A program made the position numbers and the translations under genes. Positions 28,862-39,480 of a stretch of 64,000 nt of DNA are shown here, one piece after another; position 1 is the stretch's first letter; every line of letters begins with the position of its first letter. The stretch is taken from positions 110,536 to 174,535 of the IMG/VR virus record IMGVR_UViG_3300044297_000138. One strand, 5' to 3'. The notes under the pieces were generated by a model. It was given only the letters and a program-made list of their open reading frames with translations. It had not been told where the DNA came from and made no database searches. Origin of the DNA: a virus. Lineage: Duplodnaviria > Caudoviricetes.

Positions 28862-28965
28862 ATTATGCACGAACCAAGGGGAATGGCAATATTAAACTTT
28901 TTTCTTACAGGGGGAAAACTGAGAACCTTTGTCTGAATTGCCATGGATACTGGTTCGCTTATAAT
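28862..28965. promoter_or_regulatory. Back-to-back divergent sigma70 promoters
   Basis: Minus: TTGCCA-16-CATAAT (28889-28862). Plus: TTGCCA-16-TATAAT (28938-28965). Confidence 0.75.
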
Positions 28966-29208
28966 TGGTACCAGATTCGAAGCCAAGCGGGATGCACACG
29001 GAGCCTGGCCGTTATATTCGGTCACCATCGGATGAATACTTTTGTTTGCGGGGCACCAGAGGAAAAGAAACCAAAGAATGGCTCTGTGACCTTCCGTATT
29101 CAATCCTGAGTGATCCTGAAAACAAATGGCATCGTTGCCAGAAACTAAGTCGGACTAATACCAAAGGTCTAACGCTCGGTTGCGCTTCACCATGCGAAAT
29201 TTGCGAAG

Positions 29209-29269
29209 TTATCCACAGCTTATCCACAGCCATCACTTTTTGACTGTTTTATCCACAAAGTTATGCACA
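29209..29269 (+). promoter_or_regulatory. Cluster of four co-oriented DnaA boxes
   Basis: TTATCCACA at 29209, 29220 and 29249; TTATGCACA at 29261. Confidence 0.8.
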
Positions 29270-29330
29270 GCCTTTGGATCGGTTAAAACTTTTTTACTGG
29301 TTTATTCCAATGGAATACTATGGTATACGC

Positions 29331-29358
29331 TTGCCAATTCTACCAATTATGACATAAT
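29331..29358 (+). promoter_or_regulatory. sigma70-type early promoter
   Basis: TTGCCA-16-CATAAT; the first 17 nt are repeated at 31800. Confidence 0.7.
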
Positions 29359-29389
29359 CTAACCATCAAAACCAACAAGGAATGACGAT

Positions 29390-29563
29390 ATGAAACGAAA
29401 TGATTACATTGCTCTGATTATAGAGCATATTGTGAACCAAGGTTATAAATCTTCGGATGCTTTTGTGAACTATATTACTAATGAGTTGGTCAATATGAGT
29501 ACCGAAGCATTAGCCGATGAATTGGAAGCTTTGGAAATTAATGCTATTGGTCTCAGTATGTAA
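29390..29563 (+). CDS. Small hypothetical protein (not in ORF track)
   Basis: MKRNDYIALIIEH..., 57 aa, SD aagga. Confidence 0.5.
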   Translation: MKRNDYIALIIEHIVNQGYKSSDAFVNYITNELVNMSTEALADELEALEINAIGLSM

Positions 29564-29606
29564 TCTTTGGTTCTCTATCGTAAAAATGGAGAACTAATTG
29601 ATTATA

Positions 29607-29634
29607 TTGACATTTTTGTGTTTTTGTGTATAAT
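29607..29634 (+). promoter_or_regulatory. sigma70-type early promoter
   Basis: TTGACA-16-TATAAT with extended TG. Confidence 0.8.
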
Positions 29635-30150
29635 GATTGTATTGAAAGGTTGACAGAATGAATACTATTCACTACGGTAAGAAGGAAGAGTTACAAGGTA
29701 GATTTTTAATACCTTTTTCTTGCTCTGATATTGTCGGAATACGGACTGAGCTTCGGCCACACGAGCGGACAGATGCTGAGAATAAAGTATTAGGTACGGT
29801 TTCGGATCGTATTACTTTGGCATTACAAGAGCGTGGGTATGAGGTGGTTAGTATTAGTTTTTGGTCTATGTTGATTTCAGCAGTAAAAAGTGAGGTAAAA
29901 AGTGTTTGAGCTTGTAAATATTGACGGATTGTGGAATGTTGTATACAATGGTACGATAGTAGATACTTTTGTTTTCAGGCAAGAGGCTGAGGATCACATT
30001 GTAGTGCTTAGGTATGAAATGGATCATGCATGGGATAACTTTGGTATGGAATTTGATGAAATGATTGAAGTTTGAGTTAATTAGTATTCACTACGATAAG
30101 GTGAATACTTTAGTAATCCATGAGGTAAATGGAATACTAAAGCATTCGTC

Positions 30151-30179
30151 TTGACAAAGCGGATGGTTTCAGGTAGAAT
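30151..30179 (+). promoter_or_regulatory. sigma70-type early promoter
   Basis: TTGACA-17-TAGAAT. Confidence 0.75.
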
Positions 30180-30205
30180 TATTGCATTGATTGAAAGGTG
30201 AATTT

Positions 30206-31782
30206 ATGCGGAACTCTGACATTGTGGACATGGTTGACGATATGCTGAATGATGAAGGTCCGGTGCAAATCGGTAACCTGACATTTGACCGCTCGGAAAT
30301 CGTGCGCCGGTGTGACCCTACGGCTTATCGTATCATGGTCAATGAATACATTGATTCAATGATTGATGACCTTAGGTACGACCAAGAGCGTCTGGACCCT
30401 GAAACCGATATGGCTGAACATCAGGAAATTCAGGAACGCATTGATGAATTGGAAGGTGCATATCTATGAGGTACGTTTGTGGTGGTAAATCGTTTCGGAC
30501 TTATGAGAAAGCGTTAAGGTACGCTACCCATCAGTTTATGGAAAACGGCATTATTCTTGGAATTGAGGTAAAACATGGTTGATATGATGGATTTAATTGA
30601 TAAAGTCATTTACCAGATCCAGCGGGATGTGGAAAATGGTGATTTTGATGCGGTGATTGAATTGCTGAGTTTCTTACCTGCTGATAAACTGCAAGGTTAT
30701 CTGCCTGAAGGTACGGAAGTGTATGATGGCCAACCTGACGAAGCGCAGGAATGGCATGATTTTGATCCTGAATGCTGATGAGGTAAAGTATGATTGAATT
30801 GAATTGTTTGTCCGTTGCAGGTGGTTGGCAATCCCACGACCAGGTAACAGGTTTGACCTTTGGACCCGTGTTCAATGAGGTAAACGACCTATGGAATTGG
30901 CAGAAAGCCAATCCTGTAGAAGGTAAGGTTGTCGTTAAAAGCCTGATGACAGGCGCAGGTGTGCTGATTGATGAGGACACGCCTTGGTGCTGCAACCCTG
31001 CATCGGAGACCTTTTGGAGTATGTAAAATGAAGTTGGTAAGACATTTCAAAGTAATATGTAGCCAGTGCTCGGATGAGCATTCGGTAGAGGATATCCGTG
31101 TGCTCAATGTAGAGGAAGATTACATGGGGCGGGATATTTGTTTCTTTGAATGTCCTATCACCGGTCAGGTAACAAAAAGCAATGTTTATGGAGAACAGTA
31201 AAATGGACTTTTTAATCCGTGCTGAGAGGTACGCCGAAGCCCGTGGTGATGAATATTGGTTCAAGGATGTGTATACATTTTACCGCCAAGATAATAATAT
31301 CACCGAATCGGTGTGGAAAACCCTGTCGTACCTGTATGATGATTATACGGCCGACCTGTTGGAGTTCCAATGATGGATTTTAAATTTTCACACTATGTAT
31401 CTGGTTCAGGTAGAACCTCCATATTTCATGGAATTCCTGTTCAATACAGGGAAGAGGTACTGCGCCGGCTTAAAAATGCAGGTATCAAGGTCAAATTGCG
31501 TTATCGTGGGCCTAGAGCACACAATTACAACCGTGGACGATTTACCAATAGTTGTTCCTGCCTGATGCGGGATGCTGTGACCTTTGCGGTGTATCCAAAA
31601 TGAAGGTCAATCCTGCAACTCTGGACGCTCTTAGGCGAGCGGCAGATATCATGCGCTATCAGAATAAACAGATGGAGGTCAAACGATTGGACGAAGCCCT
31701 AAGACAGGAGAAGCTGCGCCTGCAAAGGTTAAGGCCGTCCAATGACCCGACCAAAGGTCAAAATGTTGACCAAAATGCTTGA
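30206..31782 (+). CDS. Run of small early hypothetical genes (30206-30469, 30575-30778, 30790-31026, about 31028-31201, about 31203-31373, 31370-31603, about 31600-31782)
   Basis: Tightly packed ORFs with SD sequences; no recognisable domains. Confidence 0.55.
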
Positions 31783-31799
31783 GAACTTTAGTATTAAGG

Positions 31800-31828
31800 T
31801 TGCCAATTCTACCAATTCATATTAGAAT
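31800..31828 (+). promoter_or_regulatory. sigma70-type early promoter
   Basis: TTGCCA-17-TAGAAT. Confidence 0.7.
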
Positions 31829-31857
31829 ACAACCATTGATTGAAACAGGAGATTGTT

Positions 31858-32931
31858 ATGGGTTGGAATAAAGATGGTTCTACCGTCAAGGCCTTGTACC
31901 TTGGTGAGTATGAATGTGTTGGTGTTGTGGAGGAATCCCGTGTATCATACGGTGGTTCGGTTCTATACACTATCCAATTGGATCAACCTTTGGTGTTGCC
32001 ATTCAATGGTGAACAGCGTAAGGTTGTGATTGTGAATCAAACGCAAGTCATTGCAGATTTTGGAGTGATTGAAAATGCCTAAACGCAAGTATTCCCACCA
32101 TGACATTGATTTGTCAATTACCCATTTTTTGGTGAAGTTGCCGGTGAATAATCACCAGCAAGCGGCTGAGCTCATCTTTGCTCAATATATTGACCTTTTG
32201 ACCAAGGCCAGTAGGAAGGTGCAAGATGAGCACATGACCGGTTTGAATTCTTTTTTGAAAGAGGTTGAAAATGCATCCTAAAATGAAACCGATTGATATC
32301 AAAGCGGAAACATCAGGTAATGGTTATTGGTCAAATGTCAAGGCCACCGTCCAATGCACCATGTATGATATTCCATATATCAATGAAGATTTGAATTTTG
32401 GTGAATTGCGGGTTTTCTTTGACACCAGAACCTGGCGTGTTGAAGATGATGGCCTGATTTACACCGATCCTGCTTTCTTGGAATACATCCGTGAAGCGTT
32501 TGCAACAAACGACATTGTTTACTCCGAGCAAGGAATGCAAGGAAGAAATTATGTGTCATTTGATGTTGGATCACAATTCATTCAAATGTATGGAGAGAAC
32601 ATTTATGCAGAATGAACAATATAAAATTTCCTCTGCTGGATGGTTGTGTGTGAAATATGGTCCATACAAATGGACCGCTGTGTGTAAATTGACAAACGAG
32701 CAATTAGAGCAATTGCGTGAATTTTTAAAGATGGAGTAAATGATGCAAAGCGCAAACGATTTCCAATGGGACCTGATGCTGGCACAGCTGCGTGGTCTTG
32801 AATTCAACAACTATGGACTCAACCAAATCGCTCAGGTCTCATGCGGACAAGTGCTCAGCTCTGTAACGCATGACCTACTGACACAGCGCCTCCACGAAGA
32901 GGATTGGCGTGAACGATTCATTGCAAAATGA
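31858..32931 (+). CDS. Run of small early hypothetical genes
   Basis: Coupled ORFs ending at 32082, 32281, 32615, 32739 and 32931. Confidence 0.5.
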
Positions 32932-32975
32932 ATACTTTACTCTTACTTTTTATAAATGGAATACTTTTGTCTGAA

Positions 32976-33003
32976 TTGACAAAACCGACCAATCGTGTAT
33001 AAT
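32976..33003 (+). promoter_or_regulatory. sigma70-type early promoter
   Basis: TTGACA-16-TATAAT with extended TG. Confidence 0.8.
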
Positions 33004-33023
33004 GAATGTTTTGAAAGGATATT

Positions 33024-33545
33024 GTGATGCAATTTATCTCTGACCGTAACCCTACTGCTTCTGCTCTCTACCTAGTTGACCGTGGTATGCAGGGTAAGCA
33101 TTATCGCTGGTATGATGCTGATACTGACCAATGGTCCCAATGTGGTTGGCACATGGAGGACGCATTGGCCAATCGTGACAAACCATCGGCTGTTGAATTC
33201 TTTCCGTGGTGTGGTCCATTGACAGGTAAGAAGTTTGATCCTGAACAACCAATCAAGGTTGTGACCGATGAAACCGAAACCAAACCGACCAAACCTGCCA
33301 AAGCAGCCAAGGTCAAGGTTCCTGCCAAGAAAATGGCCAAACAACGCACCGCTGTGGTTGTTGCACCAAAAGCACCCAAAGCGCCGAAGTCCACCCATCC
33401 TGATGGTACGGTTTGGTTCCGTGCTGATCGTCAAAAGTGGATTGCACAATATGGCGGCAAGCAAGAAGCTGCCCGTCCTACTAAAGAAGCCTGTTTGGCT
33501 TTCTTGAAGAAAAAATACAATGTTGATGGTGTCGTGGTTGAATAA
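33024..33545 (+). CDS. Two-domain protein with Lys/Ala/Pro linker (possible DNA-binding protein)
   Basis: Histone-H1-like linker; C-terminal WFRADRQKWIAQY resembles an AP2-like sheet. Confidence 0.45.
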   Translation: MMQFISDRNPTASALYLVDRGMQGKHYRWYDADTDQWSQCGWHMEDALANRDKPSAVEFFPWCGPLTGKKFDPEQPIKVVTDETETKPTKPAKAAKVKVPAKKMAKQRTAVVVAPKAPKAPKSTHPDGTVWFRADRQKWIAQYGGKQEAARPTKEACLAFLKKKYNVDGVVVE

Positions 33546-33555
33546 GGAGTAAATC

Positions 33556-34014
33556 ATGGGTTTAGATATGTATTTGAAGGCTAGGAAATTCGTCAGTAAT
33601 TGGGATTTTCGGCCTGAAGATAAACCAATCAACCAAAGCATCCGTGAGGCCATGGGTCTTGGTCACCGTAATGATGAAGATTCGGATGTTTATGTCACCA
33701 TTGGTGTTGGATATTGGCGCAAAGCAAACCAGATTCATAAATGGTTTGTTGATAACTGCCAAAATGGCCGAGATGAGTGCCAAGAAACATATGTGTCCCG
33801 TGAAAAGTTGGAAACATTATTGTCTTTGTGTAAAGAAACCTTGGAGACAAAAGATGCAAGCAAATTGCCACCATCATCTGGTTTCTTTTTTGGTTCAACC
33901 AATGTTGATGAATGGTATTGGTCAGACATTGAACACACCATTAAAACACTTGAATCGGCTCTGAATGATAGAGCACTTGATAATTGGGATTTTGAATATC
34001 AATCATCGTGGTAA
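33556..34014 (+). CDS. Conserved phage protein of unknown function
   Basis: MGLDMYL...YWRKANQIHKWF...GFFFGS...YQSSW family. Confidence 0.7.
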   Translation: MGLDMYLKARKFVSNWDFRPEDKPINQSIREAMGLGHRNDEDSDVYVTIGVGYWRKANQIHKWFVDNCQNGRDECQETYVSREKLETLLSLCKETLETKDASKLPPSSGFFFGSTNVDEWYWSDIEHTIKTLESALNDRALDNWDFEYQSSW

Positions 34015-34024
34015 GGAGTAAATT

Positions 34025-34560
34025 ATGAATTTGAAATTAAAAGCTGGTTTGTATACCGTTGGCATGGTTGCTGGTGGTTATATTGGTTTGTCTCTCATTC
34101 AAGCAATCTTTCAGGCAATGCCTGAGAGTTGGAGAGAAAATTCTTTTTATGTCATTTGTATTGGTCTGATATTATATGTTGTGTATAGTATAGTATTGTC
34201 CAGTTTGGAAATGAATGAGAAAATGAAAAACATTGCTGACAGGATGTAATTGTGAAAGTTGTAATCAATAGATGTTTTGGTGGATTTGGTTTGTCTGATG
34301 AAGCCATAGAATTGTATGCTGAGAAAAAAGGTATAAAACTCGGTGAAAAACTGAAATATGGTGGTTATGAAGAACTGTGGGAAGGTGACATACCACGTAA
34401 TGACCTTGTTTTGGTTTGGGTTGTAGAACATCTTGGCGTAAAAGCCAATGGTTGGGCAGCCGAATTAAATATTGTGGAAATTCCCGAAGATGTGGATTGG
34501 TATGTTGAAGAATATGATGGTGTTGAGCATGTTGCTGAACGCCATAGAACTTGGAGTTAA
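34025..34560 (+). CDS. Membrane protein (34025-34249) and conserved phage protein (34252-34560)
   Basis: Two TM helices; MKVVINRCFGGFGLS...EYDGVEHVAE family. Confidence 0.6.
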
Positions 34561-35027
34561 TGATGATTAAATTTATTGCCAACTATCTAAAAAACAAAGG
34601 TCGTTTCCGTAACATTCGTGATCGTTATGGATTGAATGATTATTTGCATCGTTATTATCTATTGCATAGAAGTGAAGATGAAGTTGGCAATGAAGTCCGT
34701 GAATATTCATTCAATGCATTTATTCATAATTTCAAAGCATCGGACGAACCTGTGTTCCATGACCATCCATGGACATGGTGTTCAATCGTATTGAAAGGTG
34801 GATATTGGGAACATAGAGTTGGCAAACCCCGTAAATGGCGTGGTGTTGGCAGTATCTGTTTTCGCAAAGCAACCGATTTGCATTGGGTTGAAACCGATCC
34901 GAACATTGATACATGGACACTATTCATGCACGGCAAACGCCAGCGAGATTGGGGTTTCATTGTGAATGAAAAATGGATTTATTGGAAAGATTATTTGGCT
35001 GAAAGAATTGCAAGGCAACAAGTATGA
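34560..35027 (+). CDS. Cupin-fold protein
   Basis: HDHPW...LKGGYWE...H...WTLF...RDWGF. Confidence 0.7.
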   Translation: MMIKFIANYLKNKGRFRNIRDRYGLNDYLHRYYLLHRSEDEVGNEVREYSFNAFIHNFKASDEPVFHDHPWTWCSIVLKGGYWEHRVGKPRKWRGVGSICFRKATDLHWVETDPNIDTWTLFMHGKRQRDWGFIVNEKWIYWKDYLAERIARQQV

Positions 35028-36883
35028 ATGAAATTTTAACAACATTGTATCGTGCCAGTAAACCAAAAGAGGCATTGGCATCACAAGATGAATTTGGTGG
35101 TTCTAATTGTTTGTTAGGATCAGATGTGGAAAAATTTGCCGAACTGATTATACGGGAATGTGCAGATGTTGCCTCAATCAATCAACACCAGTATAATGAT
35201 GTTGGTAGTTATGTTAAAAAACATTTTGGAGTTGAATGATGCGTAAAGAACTTGATGAAAAACTATGCGAAAAATATCCATTGATATTTAAGAATCGCCA
35301 TGCTGATATGACTACCACGGCAATGTGTTGGGGTTTTGAATGTGGTGATGGTTGGTTCAATATTATTGATGTGTTGTGTAGTATGTTGTATAATGATTAT
35401 GTAACAGCCAAAGAAAGATATGAAGCCGTCAAACAATACTATGAAACGGACGGAAAATATCCATGGAAAGGCGGCAAAGAAATCACACCTGAAATTTTGG
35501 AAGAATTGCGCCTGAAAATGATTGGACAAGAAGAATTGGTTCCCGTTGCAGCGCAAGTGAAAGAAAAGTTTGGCGGCCTGCGATTCTATGTTAATGGTGC
35601 AAACGAAGAACATTACAATTATATTTCTTTTGCTGAGAATATGAGTTATCGCACCTGTGAGAAGTGTGGTAATCCAGGCAAATTGTATACCAATGGTTGG
35701 CATACTACTCTATGTGAGAAGCACGCCGAAGAACTTGGTTATCTTAATGAAGGAGAAAATGATGAGCAGAATGTCTGAATTACATATTGAAATCAGCGAA
35801 ATGTTGGAAAATGGTTATGATGCCGAAGATACCGCATCATGCCTTGGTGTACCACTTGAATGGGTTTTGGCTGCACAAAAGGGGCTTGCCAATATGTCGG
35901 AAATGCAATACAATGGCGGTGAGCCGCTTTGAGGATATAAAATGGAACTTAAATTTGAACTTGCTGGTTTTCATCTGGACTACCAAAACATCCTAAAGAA
36001 CAAAGAAACATTGGCCGTGACCAAGTTGCTTGCCACAGAGTTGATGACGAATGGTTATATCGTGGTTGGTGAATTCATTAAGAATCTTACCGATGCCGAT
36101 CTACAGGCATTGACCGATAATATGGAAGATGATGCACAGAACCAATACCAAGATTTGATTTTGGTTTCTGAAATGTTGGCAACAGGCGAGGGTTGTGGAC
36201 CATCAGGCAACGATAATGAATTTGAATCTAGGGCTCACCATTTCATTACTCTATTGATTTTGGAATCATTGCACCGTAAGGGCATGGTCAAACTATACCA
36301 TGAGAACATTTCATTCCATGAGGATATGGGTGATAAACTGTTGGTTGAAAAGATTAACCTATGATTATTCTATTGCAAGCCGTTTTGGCATATGGATTGT
36401 GGAAAGTGGCCGATATGTATTTTGAAATGCAAAGAACAACATTGGGATGGATCTGTATTATTATGAGTGCATTAAACTTTGCATCATTCATGGCAGAGAT
36501 TCTTTGAAAGGAAATAAAATGGACAAAGAAACAGTTGTATATGAATTTTCCTATTTTCTGGATGCATGGTTGTATTGCACACAGAATGGATTAGATTGGA
36601 AAACATCCATTCATAAAAAGGACTTCCGTACCTGGATGGTCATGGTATGAATGAACGAATCATAGAACTCGCTGAACAGGCTGGCGGCCATTATAGCCGT
36701 GAAGAATTGGAATTTGCCGTTGTGTTTGGTGAATTGGAAGATTTTGAAAAATTCGCTGAATTGATTGTCCGTGAATGTATTGCAATATGTGAATCCGGCA
36801 CACCAACGCAAACCACAAGCGGCGGGGCTGCGGAACTTATCAAACAACATTTTGGTGTTGTAACAAAACAACACAATACTTGA
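35024..36883 (+). CDS. Run of hypothetical genes (35024-35239, 35236-35778, 35771-35932, 35942-36364, 36519-36650, 36647-36883)
   Basis: 35236 has GFECGDGW...QVKEKFGGLRFY...CEKCG; 35024 and 36647 share EKFAELI.REC...HFGV. Confidence 0.55.
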
Positions 36884-36912
36884 CCAAAAAAACTGAGAAC
36901 CTTTTACTTACA

Positions 36913-36940
36913 TTGCCATTTCTGTTGGTTGTGATAGAAT
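36913..36940 (+). promoter_or_regulatory. sigma70-type early promoter
   Basis: TTGCCA-16-TAGAAT. Confidence 0.7.
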
Positions 36941-36968
36941 ACTTGTATTGATTGATTGAAAGGCAACA

Positions 36969-37853
36969 ATGTCGCAAGTCACTTTTGTTAATGGTAAGTA
37001 TCAAGCCGTCATCAATGGCAAGATCGTCAAACGCACCAGCAAGGCGCACATGGATTATGTGTTGCGTAAAGCTGGTCTGTCCGCTTCCGCCGTGGAAGCA
37101 TCCGCACCCCAAGAATCCCGTTTCACTATCAACGAGCGGTTTGGTTTCGTTACCGATATGGTCACCATGTTGGCCAATGGCGCACAAGCGTCTGTGGTTG
37201 TGACTGGTCCTGGCGGTCTGGGTAAGTCCTACACCGTCTCCAAAGCGTTGGAAACCAACGGATTCAAAGATATTTCCACGCTTGAAGCACTAGAGGTCGG
37301 CGCTCGTATCAACACCCGCCGCTCGTTCCGTGTTATCAAGGGTTACTCTACACCCAAAGGTCTGTATCGTTTGTTGTATGAGAACAAGGACGGCGTGCTC
37401 GTGTTTGATGATTGTGATTCCGTATTGAAAGATCCGGTGTCCCTGAACCTGCTCAAAGGTGCGCTTGATTCATATTCCCGCCGTATCATCAGCTGGCGTG
37501 CTGATATCCGTGATGAAGATTTGCCCACATCCTTTGAATTCAAAGGTCGTGTTGTGTTCATTTCCAATCTAGGTTCATCACAAATTGACCAAGCAATTAT
37601 CACCCGTTCCATGGCCGTGGATTTGTCCATGACCACGCAACAAAAGATTGACCGTATGCGTCACATTTTGGAATCTGGTGAGTTTATGCCTGAAGCTCTC
37701 AAAGAGCACAAGGTAGATGCCATTGCTTTGATTGAACGCCTCAAAGATTCGGTCAAAGAGTTGTCGCTTCGCACACTCATTCAGGTAACAAAAATTCGTG
37801 CCAATGCAGGTAGCAATTGGGCTAACTTGGCTGAATACACTATTTGTGGTTGA
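36969..37853 (+). CDS. AAA+/P-loop ATPase
   Basis: Walker A GPGGLGKS, Walker B VFDDCD, FISN. Confidence 0.8.
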   Translation: MSQVTFVNGKYQAVINGKIVKRTSKAHMDYVLRKAGLSASAVEASAPQESRFTINERFGFVTDMVTMLANGAQASVVVTGPGGLGKSYTVSKALETNGFKDISTLEALEVGARINTRRSFRVIKGYSTPKGLYRLLYENKDGVLVFDDCDSVLKDPVSLNLLKGALDSYSRRIISWRADIRDEDLPTSFEFKGRVVFISNLGSSQIDQAIITRSMAVDLSMTTQQKIDRMRHILESGEFMPEALKEHKVDAIALIERLKDSVKELSLRTLIQVTKIRANAGSNWANLAEYTICG

Positions 37854-37855
37854 TT

Positions 37856-38491
37856 ATGAGTTTATCAGATAAAACACTTCAATTGTTCAAAGATTATGCC
37901 ACAGGTAAGATTAACAGTCTTGAGGGTTTTAACGTTTGTGCTCAAGAATTTTATGACTACACCATGAGTGATGTTAATTCTTCCAAATTGCGTGAAGAAT
38001 TAACAATTAGAATTGGTGATTATGAACAAATTCCTGGAAAATTAGGTTATGATGGTTTAGATATAGAAACGGGAAAATATAAAGAAGCAAAACCAAAGTT
38101 ATACACAAGAGATAAAGCACATTCAGGTAATGGAAACTTTTCTGATCTGACCATGCGTAAATTGGATAAACTTATTTTGGATAATGTTGATGTTGTTGTA
38201 AGTTATTTTGCTCATAATAAGTTAGTTTACATTATGGAATTTCCTGTTGCAACAATTTACTCTCGTTTATATTTGCAAGTCTATGATAAATGTGTAGTGA
38301 ACAAACAAAAAATGTGTCGTAGTGCAAACTTCAATTATGCTGATTATATTGATTCAAACGATTTGGTCATCAAATATATTGATTGGGATTTCATCGATAA
38401 ATATCCTAAAATAATCAATCGGCCATTTCTAAAAAAATTGAAAGAAAAAAGACAATATGAAAACACAATTGAAAAATTACTTGAATGTTAG
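37856..38491 (+). CDS. Putative PD-(D/E)xK endonuclease (restriction-enzyme-like)
   Basis: E...LGYDG...KEAKPK; overlaps a methyltransferase. Confidence 0.45.
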   Translation: MSLSDKTLQLFKDYATGKINSLEGFNVCAQEFYDYTMSDVNSSKLREELTIRIGDYEQIPGKLGYDGLDIETGKYKEAKPKLYTRDKAHSGNGNFSDLTMRKLDKLILDNVDVVVSYFAHNKLVYIMEFPVATIYSRLYLQVYDKCVVNKQKMCRSANFNYADYIDSNDLVIKYIDWDFIDKYPKIINRPFLKKLKEKRQYENTIEKLLEC

Positions 38492-39455
38492 ATATTCAAC
38501 ACAAAATTTAACAGATGAAGAATTTAATTCTATCGTTGATGACTTAGCAGAACAATTAGAACAAGTTTCATTTGTTCCACAATATACTGATGCACAATTG
38601 TATAAAGATTGGATGCAATTGAAAAAATGGACAACTAAAGATGATTATATCAATTCAACAAATAGAATTGGCATGAAACTGTGTGAACATTTTTTTCCAA
38701 ATTTTTATGATATTGCAGATAATAAAGGCAATTCATTTCATTCCATGTGGAAGAAAGAAAATTTGATTAAAATTCTCCGTTGGAATAGAAAGAGCCATTC
38801 TACACCTTATTTGTCTGAACTGAAACGTGGAATTTATTTCTGTTGTGGTATGACCAAAAGTACCATGTATCGTCCACAAATGATGAAAATGATTTGTGAC
38901 CATTATTCACCAAAGATTGTGTTGGATCCTTGTATGGGTTGGGGTGGCCGTATGCTTGGTGCTGTTGCAAGTGGTGCTCATTACATTGGTTTTGATCCAA
39001 ATACCTTGACATACGACAATTTGAAAAAACTGGCTAAATTTCTTAATATTGAAGATAAGGTAACTTTGATTTGTGATGATGCAATGAATATGGACAAACA
39101 CAATTTGCCGTATGTGGATTTAATATTGACAAGTCCTCCATATTTTGATTTGGAAGTTTATACCAATGAATCAACACAATCAATCAGTAATCATTCCAAC
39201 TATCGTGCATGGTCGGATTTTTTCCTAAAAGGTATCATAAAAAAATCTGCTTGCCTATTGAATGAAGGTGGTGTATCATGTTGGAATGTTGGTAAAGTTG
39301 GCAAGAATAATATGTTTGATGATGTGAGAACCTATCAAGAAGAAATTGGTTATAAACAAATAAAAGAATTTTTGGTGGTAAGTAGCAAACGACAAGCACT
39401 ACAAAAAACAGGTAACAACAAAAGCAACGATAATACCGTTGTGTATAAAATTTGA
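38457..39455 (+). CDS. Amino-DNA methyltransferase (N4-C/N6-A)
   Basis: SAM-binding LDPCMGWGG; catalytic TSPPY. Confidence 0.85.
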   Translation: MKTQLKNYLNVRYSTQNLTDEEFNSIVDDLAEQLEQVSFVPQYTDAQLYKDWMQLKKWTTKDDYINSTNRIGMKLCEHFFPNFYDIADNKGNSFHSMWKKENLIKILRWNRKSHSTPYLSELKRGIYFCCGMTKSTMYRPQMMKMICDHYSPKIVLDPCMGWGGRMLGAVASGAHYIGFDPNTLTYDNLKKLAKFLNIEDKVTLICDDAMNMDKHNLPYVDLILTSPPYFDLEVYTNESTQSISNHSNYRAWSDFFLKGIIKKSACLLNEGGVSCWNVGKVGKNNMFDDVRTYQEEIGYKQIKEFLVVSSKRQALQKTGNNKSNDNTVVYKI

Positions 39456-39480
39456 AACACATTTTTAAAGGAATTATGTT

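Noticed and set aside
28858-29362. ORFs 28858-29109, 28965-29243, 29012-29236 and 29180-29362
   Set aside because: No SD, atypical composition, and they overlap promoters and DnaA boxes; treated as non-coding, although a small peptide cannot be excluded.
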